From: Candidatus Bathyarchaeota archaeon
GTDB lineage: Archaea; Thermoproteota; Bathyarchaeia; Bathyarchaeales; Bathycorpusculaceae
Length of the DNA stretch: 64,000 nucleotides
Assembly (NCBI GenBank): GCA_963702095.1
Contig: OY969706.1
Location: 448,001-512,000 of the forward strand
Direction of reading: 5' to 3'
A program made the translations under genes and the position numbers. Below, piece by piece: positions 20,181 through 29,592 of the stretch (position 1 is the first letter of the stretch; each line of letters opens with the position of its first letter). The notes beneath the pieces were generated by a model. It searched no databases. It saw only the letters and a program-made list of their open reading frames with translations, and was not told where the DNA came from.

Positions 20181-20873
20181 CTAGTTTAGGTCATCGAAGG
20201 TTTCTTTGATTAGGCGTCGGGTTCTCCAGGAAACTTGGGCTTCCGCAATGTATGTTTTGGGTTGATTCTTGCTTAGCATGCTGCCCAAGTTTTTCTTTGT
20301 CACGTATGCGGCTACGGCTTGTCGTGGGTGATAAATGAAAGTGAAGTAGGACGCTCCTGAACCCACTAGGAATCCGCTTGCCCACAGAGGCGCTACAAAG
20401 AAGAAGAAGTAGAAGTTCCAAACGTCTACCGCTCCTATCAACGGCACCATCACCGGCGGCGGATAAGTCATGTTTGTCCAGTAGAAGCATCCCAACATAA
20501 AGTCTAGGGTGTTGAAGCCTAATCCCGTCATGATTATGGCAACGAAGAACGCCGCTATCAAGATAAAGAGGTGTTTTCTGGTTTTTTTAACCGAAAAGAA
20601 CGCAGCCATGGCCAATCCTGTTGCTAACCCGCCTATTGCCAGCGTCGCCAATCCGAAGATGCTGTAGGCGTATTTGGCTTCCATAACTACGTAGTTGTTC
20701 ATGTGCCAGAGGAACGAGGATTCTTCGTTAAACCACGGTGAACCAATCATTAATCCGATGTAAACACTGTCGACTAGTAGTATAGCGCCAATAACTAATG
20801 TTATAGTTAAGCAGGTAGCTATGCGTCCCCTCAACTGAATTTCTCTCCCTTCCTCAACATCTCCTAGCTTCAT
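20181..20873 (-). CDS. Hypothetical multi-pass membrane protein
   Basis: About 4 TM helices and a basic tail. Confidence 0.75.
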   Translation of the reverse strand: MKLGDVEEGREIQLRGRIATCLTITLVIGAILLVDSVYIGLMIGSPWFNEESSFLWHMNNYVVMEAKYAYSIFGLATLAIGGLATGLAMAAFFSVKKTRKHLFILIAAFFVAIIMTGLGFNTLDFMLGCFYWTNMTYPPPVMVPLIGAVDVWNFYFFFFVAPLWASGFLVGSGASYFTFIYHPRQAVAAYVTKKNLGSMLSKNQPKTYIAEAQVSWRTRRLIKETFDDLN

Positions 20874-21034
20874 CCCTGTTAAATATTATCACGAGACAGC
20901 GCTCTAAACTCCCCGAATACGTGGTCAGATGCATGATTGTCCAAACCTGCATTGTAAGGCAACAAATTATGTCAATATCTAATGCAACAACCGTTAAATA
21001 ATACCTTGAAATAAAGGTGCGAAAAGGTGTAGCT

Positions 21035-21340
21035 ATGCAGAAGTGGGCAGATTACCTCATCAGTGGCGTTAAATCAGCCACTGGCTCGAACTGCATACAA
21101 TACGTAGAGGTACACAGCGACTTCGGTTGCATAGTTTGCGAAACCAGTGTTGTCTCCCGCGCCGACGTTATTTCCAACATTAAAAAGGGCACCAGCTACG
21201 TTACGGTCTTCAAAACAACCATGGGCAAATGGCGCAGAGGAGAAGACGTCCGCGTTGTAACCGTCAATGGGCAAGAGTATCTCCGTACAGACGCTAAACC
21301 CGTTGCCTCAGACAACTTCGATGATGTCCCCGAACTCTGA
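21035..21340 (+). CDS. DUF3892-like protein
   Basis: WADYLIS..R.DVI..I..G..Y.T..YLRTD..DN..PEL pattern. Confidence 0.75.
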   Translation: MQKWADYLISGVKSATGSNCIQYVEVHSDFGCIVCETSVVSRADVISNIKKGTSYVTVFKTTMGKWRRGEDVRVVTVNGQEYLRTDAKPVASDNFDDVPEL

Positions 21341-21411
21341 TATAGGCAATTACGTTTTCGAAATACTGATTTAAAAAGGAAGCTGCGTTCTTCTCGCCGA
21401 GGATAGGTTGC

Positions 21412-21630
21412 ATGAAGCGAGCATCTGCTCTTAAAACTCCAAAAAGTACCACGGAAATTCGGGCGCTTCTAAAAAGCGTTAACATGGATTTCGAATCAGT
21501 CGTTAACAAGGCATTAAACGATTATCTGTCCAAAATCTTCATCAGCTGCCCCTTCACTGACGAGTTATGCATACACCGGAAGCAATGCATAGGCTGCACT
21601 TCATTCGACAAAGAGATAATCATCAAATAG
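21412..21630 (+). CDS. Small protein with Cys-rich C terminus
   Basis: VVNKALNDYL helix followed by CPF..C...QCIGC. Confidence 0.6.
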   Translation: MKRASALKTPKSTTEIRALLKSVNMDFESVVNKALNDYLSKIFISCPFTDELCIHRKQCIGCTSFDKEIIIK

Positions 21631-21729
21631 GGTTAGCCCAAATATTTCGTTAACTCGAAAAGTAGGGCTAGGGCACACCGTAGTACTGGATTAACTCGCG
21701 AGTCTACAACAAGCGTAACTATCGGAAAC

Positions 21730-22008
21730 ATGTTAAGCGTGTATGCTTCGGTGGCAGACTGGATTCCGTTGAATCCTAATGTCCAAGTTGATGGCAACTC
21801 TGTTGGAACCGCCCCTATTTCTGTTCCAGTGACTTCAGGCAGCCATACAGTAACCATCGATGACCTTACACAAGACTCATTGGTTCCTGGCTACTATGAC
21901 TCCTTTAGCTGTTTCATTGACAACAATAACAACTACTACTACAATGGCCAATCAATACCAATCACTTCTCCCAAAACATTATATGCATACTATAACTGGG
22001 GATATTAA
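21730..22008 (+). pseudogene. PEGA-like surface-protein C-terminal fragment
   Basis: VQVDG..VGTAP..V..GSHTVTI; no signal peptide. Confidence 0.45.
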
Positions 22009-22110
22009 AAGTGCAATCGGTAGGCACCTAATCCCTTTTCTTATCCTAAAAAATTAGTTTGAGCTAGTTTGAGAAAGCTTTTAATTGTTAATAACTCAAA
22101 ATGGAAAGCA

Positions 22111-23375
22111 ATGAACTCGAGCTTGATGCATATGAAGTTATCCCAGATAAAACCATATTCCTGGTTTAACCTCACGACAAAAACCTTTGCCTTAACTATA
22201 ATGCTCGTATGCCTTACGGTTTTAGGTATCATTTGTTCCCCGCCAGTTAAGGCCCAAACACCCAACGCAATCACCATTAATGCTAATGGAACTGTGACTC
22301 CTTCAGCAGCGCCGATTGAGCAAATGGGTAACGCCTATACTTTGACAAGTGATTTTGTCGGAAGTATAACGGTAAACAGGAGCAACGTGATAATCGACGG
22401 AAAAAATTACGCTCTGTCCGGTGGTCTCTTAGTTAGGGGTGTTTCGAACATAACCGTTGAAGGATTTGTTGTTACAAATGGTGTGGCGTTTGTGTCTAAC
22501 GAGGTTGACGGTATTTTGTTAGACCATGCATCTCAAGTTAGGGTTACTAATAACACAATCTCGGGTATATGGAGTATTCAACAGATGAACGGTGTAGGGT
22601 TTAGTGCAATTGACGTCTGGATGGGGGATTCAAACGTTATTATGGGAAACAATTTACTGAATAACGCTTACGGCATATATTTTTCAAAAACCCAGAACAA
22701 CTTGATCGCAGACAACACTTTCGTAAGCAGTATGATTAACTTTTGGGATTCCTCAAATAACACTATTTACCACAATAATTTCGTGGCCTCGTGTGGTATC
22801 CTGGCTTCTGATGGAGACTATGAAAACCCCAACTCTGTTAACGTATGGGACAACGGCTATCCTAGTGGAGGCAACTACTGGGCTGACTACGCGAATTACG
22901 GCGCTAGAGAACTAGACTTATCGGGGATAGGCGACAAACACTACGTTATTGACACAAAAAATTCTGATCAATATCCCCTCATGAAATCATTCAACGCTAC
23001 GTTTTTTGCGTTGCAGACCACCCCGCCGAAAATAACCATACAACACCAATTAACGAAACATACCAGAACTCAACTGTACCTTTGATTTTTACAGTAGACG
23101 TTGTCTCCCAAGTAAAACTTGTTAACTGGACAGGCTACAGCATAGATGGACAGCGAAACGTTACCGCAACAGGAAACGTCGTTTTAACTCAGCTCCCAAG
23201 CGGCGCACACAGCATCACAGTCTATGCCAATGACACTTACGGCAACATGGGTGCTTCAGAAACGGTGGCTTTCAGTACTTCCGAACCTTATCCTGGGCAG
23301 CTCGCTTTAATTTCAGCGGTGATTGTAGCAGTTGCGGTTGTTGCTGTGGTTGTTTTCTTTAAGAGACGTCGATAA
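22111..23375 (+). CDS. NosD/CASH beta-helix surface protein with Ig-like domain and C-terminal TM; one frameshift near 23044
   Basis: ORFs 22069..23085 and 23082..23375 join as ...PPKITIQ/PINETYQNSTVPLIFTVD...; GGNYWADY motif; start uncertain. Confidence 0.8.
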
Positions 23376-23541
23376 CCCGTTTGTTTATTTTTAATTGCCT
23401 TTTTGTGGTCAAATTCTTTTAAAGGATTTTTACTTTTTTTGCCCACTTAGGGTAAGATATGCCTGGAACCTGCTGACTGGACCATGCTAGTGCCCGCTGT
23501 ATTGCGCTCTTCATTGCCGTTCACTGTAACGCTAAGAAAGC

Positions 23542-23729
23542 AAATGATGCATGCTTTCACATCCACACCGCGGCGGTTTCAACATGGAGCCATGTAGGGC
23601 GTGTTGAGAAAAACACCGTTGCCACACCGAAACAGATGCTGAGAAATGCTGCAGCCGCAAAAAGCAACCGCCTTCACTTGCCGTCTTGTGGCACCCCACA
23701 AACCGCCACGCCCACATAAAGAGAAAAAA
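23542..23729 (-). repeat. Dispersed intergenic repeat family A, copy 2
   Basis: Reverse complement aligns along its length with 58513-58695 (e.g. GTGGCGGTTTGTGGGGTGCCACAAGACGGCAA and ATGTTGAAACCGCCGCGGTGTGGATGTG identical). Confidence 0.92.
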
Positions 23730-24273
23730 GCAAAAGTTGCGCAGAGCAACAAAATTCTCGTATGTTAGAAAAAGGAGGGAGAGGAAAAGGGTCGGTCTTT
23801 TTTCTCCCTCGATGATAGCAATGTTCTCAATGCTATTGCGGTAAATTGGATCATGTTTTGCATACGATTTTTTGATGCTTAACCTGCGATTTTTGACTCT
23901 TTTCCTCAATTAAATAATTGCATAACGATAGGATATAAAATTTACTCGAATCCACGTTTAATGATCGAAAAATATCCGATACTCATAATTTAACTTAGCA
24001 GAAGCCCAAGAAATGCAGTGATGCTTGTTCTTCCCCGCTTATCTTGGTTAAAATCGCTACTTTTACCATCAAACTGCACTCTGCTGTTCAGGTATTTTCT
24101 AACCCTTTATGTGCGATACGTTTTATAATGTCATCAGAGAGATGCGTAGTTAATCTGGAGGGGGAAAGAAGACGAGTGCAAGATGGAGAAGAACAAACAA
24201 AAATCGTAAATGGCTAGACCTAAAAGAACTAAAGTCAACTCCGAAACAGAGGGCTAACACCAAGAATAAGGCC

Positions 24274-24606
24274 ATGCCTACACCACCCAATTTCCGTACA
24301 TCCAAAAGCTACACCAAACGCAGCAGCGAACCCAAACCATTAATCGACATGTTCCAAGACACCCACAACATCACCATCATCGCTGAGATAGCGGGCTTCA
24401 GCAAGGACTCCCTCAAAATCAACGTAAAAGACCAGAAAATCACGCTATCTGCCAAATCAAAAGAGCGCCGTTACTATAAAAGTTTAAATTTACCGAAGGT
24501 AGTGATTCCTGACGAAACGCACACCAAATACAAGAACGGTGTGCTCGAAATTAAACTTAAAAAAGCTGAATCACCAGCGAAAGAAGCGGATCAACATGCC
24601 CCATAA
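24274..24606 (+). CDS. Hsp20/alpha-crystallin family protein (true start may be upstream, at 24172)
   Basis: PLIDMF..IAEIAG..YYKSLNLP..YKNGVLEIKL. Confidence 0.88.
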   Translation: MPTPPNFRTSKSYTKRSSEPKPLIDMFQDTHNITIIAEIAGFSKDSLKINVKDQKITLSAKSKERRYYKSLNLPKVVIPDETHTKYKNGVLEIKLKKAESPAKEADQHAP

Positions 24607-25006
24607 GCTTAGAAAAATCAGGAAATTCAGAGGCTCAAGAACAGTAGGTTACGGAAGAATCGGGCAGCACCGAGACAGCGGAAGCAAAGGTAACCGCAAA
24701 GTCGGACGCCACAAACATCTCTGGAGCAAAGTCGTTACCTCAGACCCCAACTACTTCGGAAAAAGTGGATTCACGTCTCCGCAAAGCAAACACCGAATCG
24801 AATCCACTATTAACCTATCCAAACTCGACCAACTCGCCGCCGGATCAGAAATCAACCTTACTGAACTTGGATACACTAAACTCCTCGGCACAGGCAAATT
24901 AACCAAAGCCTTAACTGTTCAAGTCGAGGCAGCCTCAAAGTCCGCCGCCACAAAAGTTCAAGAAGCAGGCGGCAAACTCATAACCCCTCAAGCTACCGAG
25001 GAGTAA
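24596..25006 (+). CDS. rpl15: 50S ribosomal protein L15
   Basis: RKFRGSRTVGYG, YFGKSGF, KLLGTG, EAGG. Confidence 0.96.
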   Translation: MPHKLRKIRKFRGSRTVGYGRIGQHRDSGSKGNRKVGRHKHLWSKVVTSDPNYFGKSGFTSPQSKHRIESTINLSKLDQLAAGSEINLTELGYTKLLGTGKLTKALTVQVEAASKSAATKVQEAGGKLITPQATEE

Positions 25007-25015
25007 CGCGTTTAG

Positions 25016-26450
25016 ATGCCCGGAAGATTCCTCAGCCTCTTTAAACCCATAGGTCGAGTGCTACCTGAAATCAAGAAGCCAGAACGTAAGGTTTCTTTTA
25101 ACGAAAAAATCTTCTGGACCGCGCTAGTACCTAGTTATCTTTTTGGTTATGACTGAAATTCCGCTCTTCGGCGTGAGCACAAGCGCCCAAGACAACTTCG
25201 GTCAACTCAGAGTTATCTTTGCTTCAAACCGTGGCACGTTGATGGAGCTCGGTATCGGGCCCATTGTCACGGCAGGATTAATTCTCCAGTTACTCGCTGG
25301 TTCCAACATCATCAAATGTGATATGTCTAACCCTGAAGACAGAGGTCTCTTTACCTCCGCTAGCAAAGTCTTCAGCATCGTCCTCACCGCTATCCAAGCG
25401 GGCGCCTACATCTTAAGCGGTATGTACGGCACACTGGCTGAACTCGGCGGAGGAACGATCATTGTCATATTCCTGCAATTGCTATCAGCAGGCATAATCG
25501 TCATGTTAATGGATGAATTGGTTCAGAAGGGCTGGGGACTAGGCAGCGGCATCAGCCTCTTCATCATGGCAGGCGTCGCCCAGAGCATCCTCTGGTCTAT
25601 GTTTTCACCGCCAACAGGCTTATTCCTCGGTACTCTCCAGCAATACCTCGGCGGCGGCTTAACCACCATAGAATACGTGTTCGGAACTGCCTCAGGCATC
25701 TACCCATCAGTGTTAGGCTTAGCTGCTACCATCACAGTGTTCCTCATAGTCATCTACCTGCAGGGCGTTAGAGTCGAGTTGCCAATGAGCTACGCAGGCT
25801 ACAAAGGCTTCCGCAGCAGATACCCCATCAAGCTCCTCTACGTCAGCAACTTACCCGTCATCTTTGCCAGTGCACTCTTCGCTAACGTGTACTTCTTTAC
25901 GCAGTTGCTGTGGAGCCAACTTGGGCAGCCTGCGCCTGGCACGAATTTGTTCTTCCAAATAATAGGTGACTACAACCAAACAGTCTCAAGCACAGGACAA
26001 GTAAGCGTCCAGCCTGTCGGCGGCATAGCATACCTAGTCACTGCACCGCATAACATACAAAACGTCATCGCAGAGCCGCTTAGAGCAGCAGCGTACCTTG
26101 GCATCATCGTGGCTTTCTGCGCCGTGTTCAGCCTCATATGGCTCGAAGTCGGCGGCTTAGGCCCCAACAAAGTTGCAAAACAACTCATGGACAGCGGCAT
26201 GCAAATCCCCGGCTACAGACGCAGCGAACGCCCCATCGAAGCAATCCTCAAACGCTACATCCCAGTCGTTACAGTCTTAGGCGGCATATTCGTTGGGCTA
26301 CTCGCGGGACTTAGCGACTTCCTAGGAGCATTCGGCACAGGCACCGGTATCCTGCTGTCAGTAGGCATCATATACCAGTACTACGAGTTGCTGATGCGTG
26401 AACGCGCCGCAGAAATGTTCCCAGCATTCAGAAGGATACTAGGCGAATAA
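25016..26450 (+). CDS. secY: Preprotein translocase SecY; apparent +1 frameshift at 25130-25131
   Basis: MPGRFLSLFKPIGRVLPEIKKPERKVSFNEKIFWTALV joins ORF 25143 on removing one C; TLMELGIGPIVTAG, GSGISLFI. Confidence 0.95.
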
Positions 26451-26500
26451 GCCTAGACTCCCCGCTTTCTCCTTTTCTGAAATTTCCTTTTTCTAGTCTA

Positions 26501-26621
26501 AGAAGAAGAGAAAAGTCGCCCTTACACAACAACTTCTCAGGGACACGGCGGAACAGTCTGTTTTGGCGTCCGATTGCAGCGGCGACTGCAGGCTGGTTGA
26601 GGCGCAATCCACAAGAGCAAA
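26501..26621 (+). repeat. Dispersed intergenic repeat family B, copy 2
   Basis: AGAAGAAGAGAAAAGTCGCCCTTACACAACAACTTCTC...TGCAGGCTGGTTGAGGCGCAATCCACAAG. Confidence 0.8.
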
Positions 26622-26690
26622 CCCCCGCATAGAAAAAGCGTCTGCTGCTCAGCCCAAACCCCCCTATACGGTGGATCAAATTTTTTCTTC

Positions 26691-26815
26691 TATTGTTGTT
26701 GCAGGGAACCACCTATACACAACAACAACCAGCCGACTGCGCTACAGGCTGCTTTCGTCGGCATATTTGTTTTCCAAGTTGCAGACTGGTTGTGGAACAA
26801 AACACAAACAGAACA
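26691..26815 (+). repeat. Dispersed intergenic repeat family B, copy 3 (diverged subtype, tandem with copy 2)
   Basis: TTGTTGTTG..CCTATACAC..CAAC.ACCAGC...GGTTGTGGA..AAAC..CAA.CAGA matches 58301-58425. Confidence 0.65.
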
Positions 26816-27061
26816 ATCATTCTGACCTACTGTATAAAAGGCAGAGTAGTCTTTCTCGCTTTATGGGTGGCACTATCAGACTGTTTAGAAACCCAACTCC
26901 CCTAACCCGCTTAAAACCCAAACCATCGATTTTGTCAGACTCCGCCTCTTGTAAATGTAAAGCCATCTATGATTTGGGGTACGCGACCCCTTGCAGAATG
27001 AGGCTTGTTCAAAAAATACCCAGTAAAAATAATTGGGTTCGTGAGATTTGCTAAGGCTTTG

Positions 27062-27353
27062 TTACCGCTTGTTTTCAAGTATCTTGAGGACTAAAGACCT
27101 AAGTTCACTCTCTGGCGCTCCATTGAACTCTTCATAGATTTCCAGCGATTGTTTGGCAAAATGAGAAAGCCCAGCTTTCCTGTCAATATCCTTGAAGTTA
27201 GCTATTCGCATTATTAGACTATCAACACTCATTCCGAGTTTTTCTGCCACTCTTTCCCGAATGAATGGGAACGGTATGTCTTAACTTATAGAGATAAAAC
27301 GCTACTTTGTCATCATCTTCCGTCCATTTGTGGATTTTTCTTGTTTTCTTCAA
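27062..27353 (-). pseudogene. Small HTH-like protein, frameshifted near 27280
   Basis: MKKTRKIHKWTEDDDKVAFYLYK joins ..VAEKLGMSVDSLIMRIANFKDID in another frame. Confidence 0.55.
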
Positions 27354-27440
27354 ATCTATTTGCCTCATTTGGTTGGATTTACGAGATTTTTTTGGGTAAG
27401 TTTTTGCAGTTCGCCGTTTGGACGTACAATCAAGTATGGA

Positions 27441-27860
27441 CTAATTTTCAACCCAAGCTGTAGAGTGAAGGTCATTTAAGCTCCAAAAGCTTGCCTCACT
27501 AAACGTCAATGTTAAATCCTTTGAGCCTTTCTCATCCAAGTATATCGATTGGGATTTTGTCCACGAATCAGAGCCTTGTTGAAGCCTAGCCCATACCACA
27601 ACGGTTCCTGCTCCACCACTATTATGTACGCTAACATCAACATAGGCAATATAATCTAATCCGCTATTGCCTGTTCGGAGGTTTGTGCTTGTTACTGCAG
27701 CGTTTGGTGGATTAACCTGATTTACTAAGTTATTTCCGGCCCTGTTGAGTAAGGGTAAAGCTACAATAAACACAGCTGAAATAATAACAACCGCTAAAAC
27801 TACACCTACAACTTTTAGTGCTGTATTGCTATTTTTTGGTGGTGGCGGTGGATAAGTCAT
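27441..27860 (-). CDS. Membrane-anchored protein with Ig/CARDB-like domain
   Basis: PPPP, TM helix, VSVHNSGGAG beta-sandwich pattern. Confidence 0.75.
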   Translation of the reverse strand: MTYPPPPPKNSNTALKVVGVVLAVVIISAVFIVALPLLNRAGNNLVNQVNPPNAAVTSTNLRTGNSGLDYIAYVDVSVHNSGGAGTVVVWARLQQGSDSWTKSQSIYLDEKGSKDLTLTFSEASFWSLNDLHSTAWVEN

Positions 27861-28670
27861 TTTTGATTACCCCAAGAGTGATTCTTTCGCTTTATCATTG
27901 TTACCAACATGACAGTAACTAGTGATAATGTTAAGAAAATACCTACGATTGCCATTGCTGGAAACTCTGGTGTTGCCACTGTTGGATAGGGTGTAGCTGT
28001 TGCTGGTGGATACATTGCTTCCTTAGCTGAAGCCTGAGATAAATAATTAGATGCAGAATTCAGGTCATTAACTGCAGCTTGCCATTGCCCTTGATTGGCT
28101 AAAGAGGTAGCTTGATTAAAAATATTGGCAGCTTGCTGTACCAAAGATTGAGCTTCAGGGCTTTGATAGTAGCTATTCTGAGCATGAGTTAAGGAAGTCT
28201 GAACGCTGTTAATGTCCTGATTATATATTTTTTCATAAGCATCGTGAATGTTGACTGAACCTGTTGCAGAAACAGAATAGTCATACCAACCTAACAGCCC
28301 TTTTTGTTGACCATTATAGGTTATGGTATAGCTATGACTACCTACACTTGCACCAGACGGAATATTGAAATAAATACTATCGCAAGTGTATTGATTGCCA
28401 GTTGCAAGATTGGGTGAATTTACCGTTTCGGTGATTGATGTTGTTGACCAATCAAATTCAATATCTACCGAAATTATTTGTAATTGGTCAGGACAATTGC
28501 TATAAAATGTCGGTGTAACAAAACCGCTATCTCCTTGATAGTAAATGCCTTTATCCCAAGAACTTGACGAACTCCATTCATTTGACTTTAGAGCGTTCAC
28601 ACCTAAATACGCTGAACGATAAAAAGACTATCAATATTAGCCCAATAATGAGTGCCGAAACCCTTTTCAT
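27857..28670 (-). CDS. Secreted surface protein with PEF-CTERM-like sorting signal; frameshift near 28607
   Basis: Signal peptide MKRVSALIIGLILIVFLSFSV in an upstream frame; TPEFP, TM and KRK at the C terminus. Confidence 0.75.
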
Positions 28671-29101
28671 TTAAGTTACCCATTGCTTGTCCCGTTATTA
28701 TCGTTTTGAGTATTTATATTTTTAATAATAAAATATCATGTGCCTCACCTGCTTCATAGGCGAAGTGCTATCCATTGTTTGTTTGCTCTAAAATAAAGAA
28801 AAACCTGATTTACTTATCTTTTTAACTTTCTTACATGCAGGTTTGGGCATATTTTTTATCTCATCCATCACTCGCTGACTATTGAGTTCCTTAGCTAATG
28901 CGTTTAAATATTACGTTTTGATGGAAGTTAAAATTACTATCACTCCAAAAGCCGTCTAAGAGGTCTTCCTTAATTCTGAGGTGTCAAAGCATATGGAATT
29001 TTTCAGGTTTGCTGAAGCGGGTAAATTGGTGTTGGAAGTGAAAATAGTTATTAACGAGGAACATGTACGCATAGTCCAAAGAGCGTCAAGAGGAAAACAC
29101 G

Positions 29102-29572
29102 ATGTCGTTAGCAGTTACCACCCTACCTATAGCCACTTTAATCATTATGGGAATTGCAGCTGGGATTGCTATCCTAAACTCCAGCATCTACAGAGTATTA
29201 ATCAACTATTTCATCGGCTGGGAACAATACCACGTTATGCAAAAAGAAATGGCTGAGTACCGATCGGAGTCTATGGCGGCTGCTCGATCCAACGATAAAA
29301 AGCAAATGGAGAAACTAAAGAAAAGACAATCCCAAATCAACAACATGAACACAAAAATGTTCAAACCGCAAATGCTCAACTTCGGCATCTCATTTGTCTA
29401 CCTTATCGTGTGGTTCCTAGTACTTACACCAACCTTCGGGAATACCCCTATGGCTTACATTCCAGGCTTAGGCGCAATCTCCGTGTTCTACCTGTACCCG
29501 ATATTCTCGCTGTTCTTTGGTTTGCTCTGCCAACGTATAATCGGCATCATGCCCATTGAACCCACAGCATAA
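29102..29572 (+). CDS. EMC3/TMCO1 (DUF106, Oxa1 superfamily) membrane protein
   Basis: TM1, cytosolic coiled coil (QKEM..KKRQ..MFKP), two more TMs; usual secY-downstream context. Confidence 0.88.
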   Translation: MSLAVTTLPIATLIIMGIAAGIAILNSSIYRVLINYFIGWEQYHVMQKEMAEYRSESMAAARSNDKKQMEKLKKRQSQINNMNTKMFKPQMLNFGISFVYLIVWFLVLTPTFGNTPMAYIPGLGAISVFYLYPIFSLFFGLLCQRIIGIMPIEPTA

Positions 29573-29592
29573 CTCGGAATGGATGCAAAACC

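Noticed and set aside
23774-23810. Purine/pyrimidine hairpin as an ncRNA
   Set aside because: Low-complexity stem; at most terminator-like
25016-26450. secY as a pseudogene or programmed frameshift
   Set aside because: The gene is essential and otherwise intact, there is no slippery site, and similar single-base indels occur across the window, so assembly error is more likely
26501-26815. Tandem B repeats as a CRISPR array
   Set aside because: Units are over 100 bp and divergent, with no identical 25-40-bp repeats, regular spacers or cas genes
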